Positions 1 to 12,345 of a DNA stretch of 64,000 nucleotides are shown in pieces. Source of the DNA: Schizochytrium sp. TIO01 (lineage: Eukaryota; Protista; Bigyra: Labyrinthulomycetes); contig SMSO01000004.1 in the NCBI GenBank assembly GCA_004764695.1, positions 2,232,001 to 2,296,000 of the forward strand. The letters run 5' to 3'. Each line of letters begins with the position of its first letter. Within the stretch, counting starts at the first letter, position 1. The notes under the pieces were generated by a model. It did no database searches, had not been told where the DNA came from, and saw nothing but the letters and a program-made list of their open reading frames with translations. The translations under genes were made by a program, and so were the position numbers.

Positions 1-42
1 CGCGTTCTCCTTGAGCTCCTGCTCGTACTTGGTGCCGCTCAT
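1..42 (-). CDS. 5' end of a gene running off the left edge (MSGTKYEQELKENA...), possibly class I fructose-bisphosphate aldolase
   Basis: ATG at 42 preceded by ...CCAAGAAAG; 14 open codons with strong C/G-ending bias (AAG, GAG, CTC, AAC). The peptide resembles class I aldolase N-termini of the 'KY.DEL..NA' type, but only 14 aa are visible. Confidence 0.4.
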   Translation of the reverse strand, partial: MSGTKYEQELKENA

Positions 43-611
43 CTTTCTTGGTGGGTTGGTGTAGTCTTCTTGATCTACTTGAGTTTGTTTTGCTTTTGCG
101 TTTGGGGTTTGCTGCAAGTTCAATCCAAAAGAAGTTCGTTCAAGCAATGCATCGTCATCATGGCCGAGATGAGCATTTTACACACAAATTTTCAGTTAGT
201 CTCTCTGTCACTTAATTCCTGTCCCCTCTCCTCTTCGCCTCAGTGGAAGCTCAGAGGAGACCCTGGTCTCTTGTGAGGTAGTGCAAGAGAGGGATCTTCA
301 GGATCCTTCCCCTCAGCTTCCACTGCGTCATTATCTCTCCCTATTTTCCCCCTCTCTCTACACATATCCTTTCTTTCGGAAGCTTTTCCCTTCTTTTCTC
401 CTTCTCCTTTGCTTCTGCATCAAGCATGTCACGAGAGCAGTTTCGCCATGCCTTCAATACTTCTCCACCACTGTCACACTATTCTGCAAGCAGGAAAGTG
501 GAGAGCCTTATTACCGCAGCGGAGCACCAAAGTGCCCAGAGCTATGATAATATTGCAATCAATCTTCTTTCTTTCCTTCTCTTGAAAAGTAGCTAGCTAC
601 TACCCTTATAA

Positions 612-642
<31 letters not shown>

Positions 643-3600
643 AAGAAAGAAAGAGTGCGCTATGACCAAAAGAGCTTTTAAAAGGATAACCCCTAGCGAA
701 ATATAAGGCACTCCTACCAGCACTCCCCATCTTTCTATCTTTCTTTTCTTCTTCCACACCATGGCTAGGCACAAATCAAAGCGCGCCCGTGCCCGACTGA
801 TCCGCGACCCGGCGAGCATTAAAAGCATTGCGCGGGGGCTTTGCAAATGTCAGCCAGCTAGCTCGGGACTTGGGAGCGCCGCCGCTCCATAGTCCCTCCA
901 TAAATCGCCGACGATTTGCCTTCGCCTTTGCAGAAGGGTCGAAAGGAAAGGAGTAAAGAAAGCATTGAAATAAATAATCTGTATCCATCTGTCAACAATC
1001 AATCTCCACCGGGATCGTCTCCATCTGCAACCTTCTTCGATAGGACATCGCCCTTTCAAGGATCCACGCGAAAGATCTTGCGACGGGTGGAAGCCACGAT
1101 GCTCTTGGCTCCTAGCAGAAGCAGAGAAAGAAGGACCATGAACGAGTCGGAATCCGAATCGAATGTGATGGGGTACAAGTATCAAAAAGCGCTCATAGAT
1201 AGATAGATAGATATAGAGATAATCAATCCATCGTCACATGCTCCGCCATATCTCGCCAAGCACCCTTTCGACGAGACAGACAGACTCGAGCTCGTGCGCG
1301 TGGTCCGCGGGATCGTCTTCTGGCATGGAGAGCGGCGCAGCGAGCAGAGCCAAGCGGAGTTGTAGCAGACGAGCACAGCGTCGAGACGACATGATGGGCG
1401 CTGCCCATGCATGCATCGAGGCCCGCGCTCTCCACCTCCGCCCAGCCTGCGAAGGCGAAGACGAAGACGAAGACGAAGAGGACGGCACTAGCGTCGCTGC
1501 TTCTTCGGGCGCCGGCTTAGTCTCGGTGGACTCGCGGCGAGACTCAGGCGGAGCGGAGGACTAGGCGGATACATATCGGCGTCGGGGAGTGAGCGGAGGG
1601 AAACAAGGAGAAGGAGGAGAAACTAGGGACAGCCAGCGTTCTCTCTTTTCGCTAGCTCCCACGTACTGCGAGAAGAGAGGCTACCGCCGCCGCCGCCAGC
1701 AGCACCAGCAGCGCCAGCAGCCCTGCGCCTCCAGCCCTGGGCCAGCCGGCCATCATCGCGAACGTACCTCGGAGGATCGATGGACGCCAGGTTGCCGATC
1801 TGTCTGCGCCATGACGTCAAGATTCCTCTCTTCTGCTGGCCACTCCAGATTCCACGTGGTCCTTTACTGTCGATACTGGCCAATCAGCCACTCATTATCT
1901 GTGCATTTTCAAAATGGATACTGTACCAGACCCAGTGTCATCTCAAGATATAGAACCGGGGGGTCCCTCGATTTAGCCCAGTTTATCCTTTGAAAGTTCT
2001 TCTAGATGCGGCAGAAAAGAGGCCTTTTGCGTTCTTTAGCGTTCTTTTGAGGGGCCCTTTAGCTTTCCTTTTTGGGCGGGTGGTAGAGTAAGTGTTGATT
2101 GATAGCAGTAGTCATGCGTCTTGGAACATACATATATCAAATCATTGGAATATTGAGGGTCAGTCCGAGTCCGATTCTTCTTTTGGAAAGAAAAGCATAG
2201 ATTCTTATTAAAGAACCTACCTAACTCGAAGGACTTTCTTTGGCCGTTGTGGACTGTTGACTTTTGCAAAACAACGGCCCAACTTGAGAAAGCGAAAGAC
2301 CACGACACGAGTCTTGGCTATGAATTATGGATGGAGAGTGGGATCGAACTGCAGGGGAGAAACACATTTTCTTCTTGCCTTCAATATTGTGATGAATGCT
2401 TTAATTTAACTCAAAATAAAATTAATCAAAGACATTACCTTGTTTTTTTCGTTTCTTTTTTCTTTTCTTTAGGTTTTACAGAAATTTAAAAAAAGAAATA
2501 CTTATTAGGACAATTTCCACAATTTCCACAATTTTCAAGTTCTTCTTTTTTTAATGCACCTCATAACAATACGAGTTAACCCGACTAATTACTTTTTTTT
2601 AAAAAAAAAAAACATAAACAACAAAAAACTAAAGCAAAGTATTGGATAAGCTAGCACACTTGACTCGAGTGTCAAGAGAATAGGCATTTCGGGCTAATTG
2701 ACTGACTTTTTGTAGATTGGGTAACGAGAAAGGTCAAGTTTGTCGGCACAGACTTTGTAATACTTGCGTCAACTAGAGAAAGTTTGTCCTTTTATCTTTT
2801 GTAATGGACAGGACAGAAAACTGGCGTTCTCGAAGTGAACGGTATTTTGAGACTCTTATCGTTTATTCTAAGTATTTACATTAGGATGGAGATCCAATTT
2901 GCGGCTTCCCTGATCAAATGATCTAGGGCGTCATCGAGATTGAAAGACACAGCCAGTTGTTTCAGAATAAATGTGGACAAAATCCCATGGGTTTTTGTCA
3001 TTTATCTTGGGTTTATAAAAAGATAGCTTTGGAATTCGCACGAGACAAGAGACAGGTTCGAGCATCTGCGTTACATCTCTAGAGACGAACTCGTTATAGA
3101 TCAACCCACGAAGAGTCCCAGTTGAAAAGAGAGAATATGATGATTTCCACTGTTAGCTACGATATGTCAAGTCTAATCTTCTCAGCACATTGCCAGGCTT
3201 TCTCAGCGAAAGAAAATGCCAGGATTCTCGACAGCTGCTTTTGATCTAAGACACCACGTTCACAACTTCAAGTTTTACATTCTTTTCCTAGAACTAAGAC
3301 GATGCCAATACTACCGGCAAACTTGGATCTACCTTGGGTTGCGACTTAGCATATCCATTTAAAAAAAATAGCACCATCCATTGCAGGCTTCTTAAGAAAT
3401 CATCTCTCCTGGTGGAGTAAGTATCATGCGAATTGAGAGTCCCATTTCACCAACTTACCCTTTCTGAACTAATACATAACCAATACCTTTTTCGTTAATT
3501 CCCTTTGCCGTCCGCCAAACAGTACTATCTAGTTCATAATAGTCTTGAATAAATGACGGCATCCTGTCGTATAGTTCTGCATGAGTCCTATTTTCAGGTT

Positions 3601-5523
3601 CTTGAACGAAATAGACTTTCCTGTCGAGCTTAAAAAGTTACAGAATGCTATTGGGGCATAGGAAAAAGACTAGCATATGAGCTACCCACACTAAAAAACA
3701 AAACATAAAATGGAAGCTCCTCTCAATCAAAGTCCATCTGGGTCTACAATTTTATATAATCCATCTTCGCTCTTTTCAGGATGTTGCATGACAAAGACAA
3801 CGTCAGCATCAGCAAACTAGCTAACCACGCCTGCCCGCATCAGTTATAAAGCTGGCATCAGACCTGTACCTCCACTACCTTGCAGCAAACCTGCTTCTGC
3901 CTGTGCGAGCGCGTGGCGCACGGTGCTCCATTGACTCGCTAGAAATCTCCTTTTTTTGTTGTTGAAAAAGTTGTGAGTTCTAGTTCTCCAAAGTTTGCAA
4001 AACTCGCTTCGAAGCTTGTCTCCTTTGGCTTTCAATATTGTTCGAGCAACTACGTAATAGAGGATAGCCCCCACGAGGGCAGCGCTCCTTCTCGGCCCCA
4101 TCGCAGTAGAATTTGGCCAAGTAGCGTTTCGAAACTCTTCGGTCGATTCCTTTCAAGAGTGTGTTCTTCGTTTGTTGTCGGGCAGAGCGGAGATTGCTCG
4201 GCTGTAGCAGCATAGCAAAGTAGCAGCAGTCCCAGCTCGGCGGCTGGTTGCCTGGCGCAGGGGAGCTTATCGAGCGATCTTATCTTTCCTGTGTAAGGCG
4301 TCTTGCACAGCACTCGTGAACAAGGAGTTGAATAACAACAACAAGTTATAAAAATTGTTTGGTGCCGGTCTTTGGCACTCTCGTAAAGAGTGGAGGCAAG
4401 TCAAGCCATCGCAGCAAGAGGAAGACTTGATTGTCTTGAAGAGCACAACGTCCTCATCAGGCTCAAGTTTTGCCTTGTAGTTGTGCTAGTATAGTAGGTA
4501 GTAGCCTGACGTGTCTACGTGGCGAGGAGAGGTAAAAATTAAGTGCAGAAATATAAAGAGAGACGGCGCTAAGGAAGGCACAAAAGCACAGCAAAACCCG
4601 CTCGGACCTCGCCGGATTCGGAGCTTTGTTGCATCGTAGATTGAAAGAAATTCTACCAATAATTTACTCGGACTATTTCATCTCGAGCGGCATCTTCAGC
4701 AATAAACAGCATCTAGAAGTGCAAATTTGGTGGACGGCATTGCAGAGATATCCTGGGCCGTGAGGTGAGCGGCCTCTTTTTTTATTGCCGAGGCAAGTCC
4801 GAGTAAAGGGCGATCCGAAGCGCCACAGTCAGTCAATTAAAAATTGAATCATTTTCTCGGAGCAGAGGAAGGTTCTCGCAAGTTGCGGATTCGGGAAGAC
4901 TACAATTTACAAATATCAAGACATTAGCTGGACCACCGGCTCTGGAGTTTTGACGGAGTTTTGACGTAAGCGCGCTACAGAGTATTGCAAAAATCAACAA
5001 AGTACGCGCTGCTGTGGCGAAACAAAAGAAACAACCTGAAGTTTAGACTATTTACAGCCTCCCATCTCTTGAGTGACTGTAATTGAGCCACTACGTTTAT
5101 CGGGCCCGAGCGTCAAGGTCTTATTGCAAATAAAACAGAGGCCCACTGACCACTACCAATTGTTACACTCTTTCTTTCGTGGCTTAAGTGTTGCCCGACT
5201 TTGACCCTGAAACTCTTTCTGTATCCGCAATCAGCATCATCACATCTTACAGATAGAGGACTCGCACTGCTGATACTTGGTCACGTCTTCCTAAAGTGAC
5301 AAGAGAACTCGGTAGCTCTTGGTGCAGTTGAAGTACTAGCATTCATTCTTCCCACTCCGCGAATTGATCTGCAATCGCACCTTAACAAGCGAAGGTTTCC
5401 TCGGATCCTGCGGCGATTGCGGCAGCATTCGAGATAGACTTAGACACGAGTGGATAGATTATATTGTAGTTACAAGAGGAATACAAGTGTAGGCCCGACT
5501 TCATCCGGAATCGTCCCGACAAA

Positions 5524-7491
5524 ATGTTCCAAGCAAGCGCTGAAAACTTAACCAGGATTGGGCTGGCGCTGTCTCCTGCCGACGAACCTCCGGTGGCACG
5601 AAAACACGGTGTGAGAGCTGGAAGCTACGACGATGTTATGGTCATGATGTCCTCAAAAAGATCTTACTTTTCCGGCACTGCCAACACTCTGCCCCGTGCA
5701 CAGACATCAACAGAAACACGAGCTAGTACGCAACAGCGCACAGAAACTGACTCCATCGCTAAATCCTCTAATGCAAGCGAGGTAGAAACGACGAATTTAG
5801 CGCGGTATTTGCTGGTGAGAACTACCGCGAAGAACGGTGAGCCTTGTGACGGAATATATGAACGCCTTGAAAACGTTCTGCATGAAAATTCCCCTGTATA
5901 CTGCCAAAGCAATGGACTGACAATCTCTAAAGCGACGATTGCAGGTCGCGAGGGTTGGGTGCTTGGCAAGGGTCCTGCGCGTATTCTTTACGGCTCTTGT
6001 AAATGGGGCTGCCAAGATCTGGCGGGGCCGAGCGCACATGTAATTTGGACATTTTATGGAAAATCAACACGTGAAAAGCAGGTCAAGTTTGTGCAAGAGA
6101 TTCCAATTAAAAACTCAGACAGTTCTCCCCAACAAAATGTCCTTCCTCTGGAGAGGCAGAAAGAAGAAGCGCATGGCTCACATGAGAAAATTCTGCAAGA
6201 GTTGATTGAGCAAAAAGATCAAGATGAAGTTAACTTTGTTGCGGCCTGTGTGGACAAGAATGCTTTGCTCAATGAACAAACCATTGTGCGGAGCAGAAGT
6301 AGAAGCAGCAGTAGCACATCAAGCAATAACACGTACCGTGGGTGTATGGTTCAGGCACTTCCGCACAGCCGCTTGCGTACGCGCGGCAAAGTTGTTGTGG
6401 CAGTATGGAAAGGAAAAGAAAGGGGGGCATGGATCTCTGCTTTAGCCTATTTTGAGGGATTCCACTTTAGAATTACTGACCCACGAAATGAGCTGGGTGT
6501 CCAAGGCAAGCACTTTGACCTTCGTGACCATATAGCCACCCCATCTGCATTGCGCGACCACATTTTCCACCTCGCAAGACGCACCTCTCAAGAGTGGGCT
6601 TACGGTGGTAGTGGTAGCGGGAATTATAGTCCCACCGGGAAGAACGGCTCCACGGTGCGTACAGGAAGAGGGCCAAGTGACTCAGGTCATCGAAGAGTGC
6701 TAGCCGTGGACTGTGGTGACGCAGAAACCCGTATGCTCTGGTTGTCTGCCTTCCATATTCTCACCGTTCACGCGGATATCAATCCGTTGCAAGTGCACAT
6801 GGAGTATGAGCGGCATCAACGAAATCAGCGCAAAGCTGCAGTAGCCCATACAAGCCATATTGAGCACAGCAAGCCAACCCTCAATGGTAAAGTAGAAAGC
6901 AAGAACCAAGCAAGTGTAACCTACCAAGCCTCCAAGCAGGAGGCATCTTCCGTCTTCGAGGTTGCTGGACAGACGAACGAAGATAGCACTAGCAAGACTC
7001 TGAGTATAATTAGCCCTACAATCCTTCAGAATGTATGGTCTGAAGAAGTTCAACAAAACCAAGACTCGGAGAGAGTCACTTCAAACTCTATGAATTTCCA
7101 AACCATTGACCGCGAGAGTGATGTTGAGCAAGATAGTGGCACTGAAGGAAGACCGCAGCAAGGAGAAGAAAATCTTTCTAGCCCTCGGGAAGATGACACA
7201 ACTGTTGACTCAAATGCAGGCTCGCAAAAGATGGCACCTCCGCGGGCATCCATGCCGTCGCCAGCACCTACATCTGTAATTCTAGCAAACATGCAACGCC
7301 TTGTGGAGCTCAAGAAAGGTGAAGAGACCGCTACAAGCTCCTATTTAACCCCTTCACAGGAAAACGATGCTCCCCTTGGAGAGCGTCCTCCTCCTGTCCT
7401 GACTCCAGAAGAGCTCGCAGAACACGAACGCCGCAAAGATCGGATGCTGCGCTCTCAATTTGCCCAATATGCTGCTTCCCCTTTCCAATAG
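5524..7491 (+). CDS. 655-aa hypothetical protein with a probable PH-like domain and a low-complexity acidic/Pro-rich C-terminus
   Basis: Long ATG ORF. The segment RGKVVVAVWKG...RRVLAVDCGDAETRMLWLSAF ends in the strand-helix/Trp pattern typical of PH domains. Confidence 0.7.
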   Translation: MFQASAENLTRIGLALSPADEPPVARKHGVRAGSYDDVMVMMSSKRSYFSGTANTLPRAQTSTETRASTQQRTETDSIAKSSNASEVETTNLARYLLVRTTAKNGEPCDGIYERLENVLHENSPVYCQSNGLTISKATIAGREGWVLGKGPARILYGSCKWGCQDLAGPSAHVIWTFYGKSTREKQVKFVQEIPIKNSDSSPQQNVLPLERQKEEAHGSHEKILQELIEQKDQDEVNFVAACVDKNALLNEQTIVRSRSRSSSSTSSNNTYRGCMVQALPHSRLRTRGKVVVAVWKGKERGAWISALAYFEGFHFRITDPRNELGVQGKHFDLRDHIATPSALRDHIFHLARRTSQEWAYGGSGSGNYSPTGKNGSTVRTGRGPSDSGHRRVLAVDCGDAETRMLWLSAFHILTVHADINPLQVHMEYERHQRNQRKAAVAHTSHIEHSKPTLNGKVESKNQASVTYQASKQEASSVFEVAGQTNEDSTSKTLSIISPTILQNVWSEEVQQNQDSERVTSNSMNFQTIDRESDVEQDSGTEGRPQQGEENLSSPREDDTTVDSNAGSQKMAPPRASMPSPAPTSVILANMQRLVELKKGEETATSSYLTPSQENDAPLGERPPPVLTPEELAEHERRKDRMLRSQFAQYAASPFQ

Positions 7492-7559
7492 GAGAGCTCT
7501 TTCGAAGCAAAAGAAAAGAAAAGAAAAGGCACTAACGTAAACTAGAAGTAATTTAATTA

Positions 7560-8635
7560 TATAATAGCACTTCTTAAATTGTGGATTTTCTAGCTAAACT
7601 TTGCGGATTGATATTCAATCAACAGATTTAGGATAAATGCCTATACATAGATCCCCCCCCCCCCCCCCCAAACAATCCTTGTATATTCCACTCGTAGCTA
7701 GTTGATCGGCTCCAAATGATTCACGTATGCGAGCCTCAGTTCATGTCATTTTAGTGGTCACTAAATATGATTTTTCATCCTCCGGACTCTTTATGCGAGG
7801 ATCTATACTAATGCTACTCCGGCTGCGAGGATTGCAGACAAAATCCAAATAGCGCCTGGGACTAAATTACATTTATATCAGCTGGAAAATGTAGAAGCTG
7901 CTATGAAATCACCCGACAATTTCTAGTGAAGCAAGTTTTTAAAAAAGGAGTTTTAAAGCAAGAACTTCATATATTTTTCTTAAATTGAGTTATGTAGGTG
8001 AGAAGTAGATGTGCTGTATTACTTATTATCGAGTAACTTGAAACTCAAGGCCCATTTCTCCTACCTCGTCCCAAAAGTTTTGAGAGGGCTGCTCAAAATT
8101 GCTTGCTTTCCTTGATTGATTCCTTCGCTATGAAATAGATAAATATCTAAGCCAATATCTGAAGACCATGAAATATTTCTCTATCCAAACTCCCTTTCAC
8201 TCACTTGTCTTAGATTGCGTTATTTCGAATCTCTAAACGTGGAAACCCATCTCAAGGTTGCTAAATTGCTGAAAACAGTCTGGTATTAGTTCATACACAA
8301 TACCATGAATATTAATTTATTTACCTACGAAAGTGTGCCATTATCATTGTACTTGTGTAAATTCCTTGTGAGGAGATCCAGTGATAGTTCACTTAAATAC
8401 TCCCAGTGGAAATAGACGAGAGTCATCACTATGGATTCTTGTTAAAATCAGTAACAAAATTTAGAAAGAGTTTGGAGTTTAAAGCAAAATGTCTCCTTAT
8501 ATCCCACAGTTGAAGCCATACTTCTTATAAAATGCATATTAAAAAAACCGCCAACACAACAATTTTGTGAGGAGAAGTAGAATTGTGCCCCACATTTCTT
8601 CCTGTCTCTATCTATATGTTCTCTCTCCCTTCAGC
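7560..8635 (-). repeat. Dispersed ~1-kb decayed repeat, copy A (inverted relative to copies B and C)
   Basis: The reverse complement aligns by eye with 54115-55125 and 57090-58140; e.g. 8027-8120 ttatcgagtaacttgaaac...gctcaaaattgcttgctttccttgattgat. Ends are approximate. Confidence 0.8.
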
Positions 8636-8842
8636 GAGTTTTTTCTTTGAGCTCACGTCAGCACGGAATATGTGCCTTTCATAAGTACAGAAAATCAGAA
8701 GCAGCAGAGGAAGGGTTTAAACAAGTATAAGAAGCGAGACTTTCCGCCCAATCATCGAGCAGGCGTAGTGTTACAAAGGGTTTGATATTTCGTACGCAGC
8801 TCGTAGTGGCTACGAATTCAGTTTGAGTAGAGCTTGTGTGTC

Positions 8843-10171
8843 ATGGCGACCTCGACGACCACAGATGTTGAGCCCACTGGTACAACAACTCAGTGCGCTG
8901 CGGCAGCGTCGCTCCGTGAAAGTGCTGTGAGAACCAAAGTTGCTGAAAGCCCCAAGCTCACATACGCACAACGTATCGCCCTCACGGGACGACGCGGCAT
9001 CTACGTAACGATTCAACTAGGCTTTGATCGAGTGGCTGTGCAAGAGCTGCTCGAGGCACTCCCGAATGTGGTGCCTGAGGACGTAATACATGAACGGGGC
9101 ATCGCATTTGTACCCCTTGATGACTACGAAAGTATCACACCTGAGGTGATTGGTCACTTTCGCAGCATTGAATATGCCTTTGCGCTGATATGCGCAAAAA
9201 ATATTGAAGGACTATCGGAGATGTCCAAGGAGGAAGCACTGGAAGCTATCCGAGAAGTCGCGGCTCAAAGCTCTGCCGAGGTATGGAATGCAGCAAAGGA
9301 TGCAGCGTGGAGAGCACGAGGTGTGAAAGAGGAGAATGTGGTAGCTGGGCCGCAATTCCAGGTATTTAGGAAACGATATGGCAAGCATCAATTTGCTAGT
9401 ACTGACATCGGAATGCCCATTTACCAAGGTCTTACAGAGATTTTGCCAGAGTGGGAGGGGGTGTTAAAGGACCCTAATGTTTCAATCATGGGCCGTGTCT
9501 CTGACAACATTCTTTTGTTGGGTGTGAAACTGATGGATGAGCTTTCGTGGTGGAATAAGCTGTTGCCGTACGAGCGTCAAAAGGTCTTAACTCCGTTACG
9601 TCCTGCTACGGCTCACTCCCTTGCCAAACTCAGTGCTCCGCAACCGGGAGATATTTTTGTTGACCCCATGAGTGGTTGTGGTACTATTCCCGAAGTAGCT
9701 GTGCGCTGTTTTCCAGATCTTTTCTGCATTTCAGGCGAAATGGATGAGTTAAGTGTGCAAAAGGCACGACACAATGCGGATGCTTCGCCTCTTCATGGAT
9801 ACTTGGATGTTGTACAGTGGGACGCGCGTCGTCTGCCTCTTCGCAACGATGTTATTCAGCGCATGGCATGCGATCTTCCATTTGGCAAGAAATGTGGAAC
9901 TCGAGCAAAGAACCCAAAGCTGTACAACGATCTCATGCATGAGATTGACCGAATTCTCACTCGAGATGGAAATGCAGTGCTTTTATCTGGTGATATGAAA
10001 AACCTTGAAAGAAACAACCCTCCCAGCAATACCTCTGAAGTAGAACAGTGGCGTGTGCAATGCGGCGGTCTTGATGCAACTGTGAAGATTTTACATAAGC
10101 TTCAAACCCCTTTTATAGATAGCGAAGACTCTCCTCTTGCAGAAACTACTATTGGCACACAAGCCCCATGA
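8843..10171 (+). CDS. THUMP-domain RNA (guanine-N2) methyltransferase, THUMPD2/THUMPD3/Trm14-like
   Basis: THUMP-like segment (FRKRYGKHQFAS...VSDNILLLGVKL), then LRPATA, SAM motif DPMSGCGTI and motif IV DLPFG. First ATG is at 8843. Confidence 0.88.
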   Translation: MATSTTTDVEPTGTTTQCAAAASLRESAVRTKVAESPKLTYAQRIALTGRRGIYVTIQLGFDRVAVQELLEALPNVVPEDVIHERGIAFVPLDDYESITPEVIGHFRSIEYAFALICAKNIEGLSEMSKEEALEAIREVAAQSSAEVWNAAKDAAWRARGVKEENVVAGPQFQVFRKRYGKHQFASTDIGMPIYQGLTEILPEWEGVLKDPNVSIMGRVSDNILLLGVKLMDELSWWNKLLPYERQKVLTPLRPATAHSLAKLSAPQPGDIFVDPMSGCGTIPEVAVRCFPDLFCISGEMDELSVQKARHNADASPLHGYLDVVQWDARRLPLRNDVIQRMACDLPFGKKCGTRAKNPKLYNDLMHEIDRILTRDGNAVLLSGDMKNLERNNPPSNTSEVEQWRVQCGGLDATVKILHKLQTPFIDSEDSPLAETTIGTQAP

Positions 10172-10607
10172 CCACCTCCCTCAAGGCTTGCATGAGCTAT
10201 GTTATATAGTTAGATAGTTAGATAGACTCTGATGTCTACTTTTCTTTTTCATGTAGAAGGCTGAATAAGCAGAGATTCACTGGCTGTCTTGACATTTATT
10301 CTTTTTTAATGATGATGGTGGCATGGTATTGCTCAGGATCATTCTGATTTCAAACTATACATTGACTAAATAAAACCTCTGAAACATCAGTTTCCTGTTT
10401 TCTATTTTATTTCTAAAGAAGCCGAGGATTGGCCTAATGACATAAACAGGGTGTTGTAATATACAAATCGAATAGCAAGATTTTGGTATGATCTTCGAAC
10501 AAGCTCGTTAGAATTGCAGCACTTAAACTGAGGAAATCTGCTTTGCTATTTGCCTTTTATTACTTTATTGGATTCTTTCTTATTCAACAGAATGTGAATA
10601 AGAACAT

Positions 10608-11660
10608 TTACATAAAGGTGAAAATCTTATCAGCTATGACAGTTGGGAGCTGCGTTAAAAGAAAGTAGAGAGGGACAAAGAATGGCGCATTCATGACGCA
10701 GTCTTCCGGAGCCTTATTATCATTAGCCGTCGCGACAATCTTTTGTGCTACACTCTCGGGACTAAGATAGAAAAGACGATTTGATGTAGTGATTGATTTT
10801 GTTGCATCTGCATGGCGCTTTGCGGATCCTTCCATACCTCGGGTAAACAAATTGTCTGGGTGCTGTTTGACCCAAGTCTGTTCACTGTTGATTGATTGAA
10901 GCACCAAAGGCGTATCAATTGGACCGGGGCAAATGGTATGTATTCTCAGCGGCAAACCAGAAGCACGTGTTTCGCGTCGAAGAGCATCTGAAAAGCCAAT
11001 GAGACCAGCCTTTGTGCTACTGTAGATTCCCTGCCATGGCCAAGCTGTGCGGCCTGCAAGGCTAGCTACATTGATAATAACTCCTGGACGAGGTCCAGTA
11101 ACGAGCTGTTCTACGAGGAGGTGGCATAAACGAATTGGAGCAAGGAGATTTACTTGGGCCTGAAGATTGATCTGCTCCCATGTGCCACCAAGTGAGGGTG
11201 AAGGCAACACAATACCTGCACCGTTCACTAGCACATCAATCCCTTGATAGCCGGAGTCTGCAAGGTCTTGTACAAGGCCCTCTTTGAAGCTTATAAGCGC
11301 ATCGCCATCGGTGATGTCCACGGCAGCCGTATGAATATCGAAGTGGTGGCCGAGTTCTTCGTCAAGGGCGGCAAGTGCAGGTTCGTTGATATCAACGCAG
11401 TACACTCGCCAATGAGCTCTTGCCAGTATGCTCACAACATGGCGACCGACTCCTGAAGCGGCCCCAGTGATGACGGCAGTTTTGCCTTGTCCACTCAGTC
11501 GCAGCGCTGCCTTCTGCCGCCTTGACAAAAAGATTTTGCGCACAAGTGACAGCAACACCCAGACTAACAAAATGCGGAGCTTGAGGCGCCATTGCTCAAT
11601 CCATAAGCCCCAAAATAGGCTCAGAGGTTTCATCACCCTAGAGTTATCGTGTCCGCTCAT
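10608..11660 (-). CDS. Short-chain dehydrogenase/reductase with N-terminal hydrophobic anchor
   Basis: TGAASGVG, DVLVNGAG, NVAS, YSSTK and CPG motifs. First ATG is at 11660; the ORF track starts at an upstream TTG. Confidence 0.92.
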   Translation of the reverse strand: MSGHDNSRVMKPLSLFWGLWIEQWRLKLRILLVWVLLSLVRKIFLSRRQKAALRLSGQGKTAVITGAASGVGRHVVSILARAHWRVYCVDINEPALAALDEELGHHFDIHTAAVDITDGDALISFKEGLVQDLADSGYQGIDVLVNGAGIVLPSPSLGGTWEQINLQAQVNLLAPIRLCHLLVEQLVTGPRPGVIINVASLAGRTAWPWQGIYSSTKAGLIGFSDALRRETRASGLPLRIHTICPGPIDTPLVLQSINSEQTWVKQHPDNLFTRGMEGSAKRHADATKSITTSNRLFYLSPESVAQKIVATANDNKAPEDCVMNAPFFVPLYFLLTQLPTVIADKIFTFM

Positions 11661-12345
11661 AACGCAGACGATAAAGAAGATCGAATGAGTCCTTATGCCT
11701 GCTTGATGAAAAGGGTCTGTAGGAGCGCAGACACAGAGAAACAAAGATAATGGAACTATTCTCTCATAAGGTATCAGATACTCACTCCATAGTAGATTAG
11801 CCCCTCAAAAAATAGCAATGTTCAAAGGGCGTCCTTAGATGAGTAGGTAAAGTAGTTATCTTAAAAAGAGGTCCTCCTCGTAGTATCCGATAGACGCTAA
11901 CGCACAAGCACTCTCATTATTTGCAAACAAACAACACGAGACAGGGCAAGGATAAAAATAAAAAGAAGCTTAATTTGGAACAGTAATAGTGGGCAGTGCC
12001 TAATTCGTATAACACAGATTACTGAAGAAAACAACAAAATGAAAAGGTAAGAAATAAATTCATTGATTTTGACATGGACGCGATCAGGTTCGATTTTGGC
12101 TTTGTGATCACAGGTCACGTTTATGCGAATAATTGCATATGCAAGAACGATCAGTATCGTTTGCTTGCTAGCAAACGCAAAACGTTGAATGCCAGAATTA
12201 GATAATGGTGATGTACTAGGAAAGGTAAAGGAGTCAATCAGATCTACTAGAGGCACATACAAATGACAGGATGTGAATTGCTGATCGTCGTGGGGTGTCT
12301 ACCACAGGCAATGATGTTAGCCACGACGAGATAGACAAAAACGAT

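Noticed and set aside
1652-1756. 34-aa minus-strand sORF resembling a signal peptide (MMAGWPRAGGAGLLALLVLLAAAAVASLLAVRGS)
   Set aside because: Its hydrophobicity comes from CAG/CCG triplet repeats, it stops immediately, and there is no other support.
12075-12095. GAACCTGATC on the minus strand downstream of the MET5-like gene, resembling part of a TPP riboswitch
   Set aside because: The upstream CTGAGA and downstream P5/P1 consensus elements are missing.
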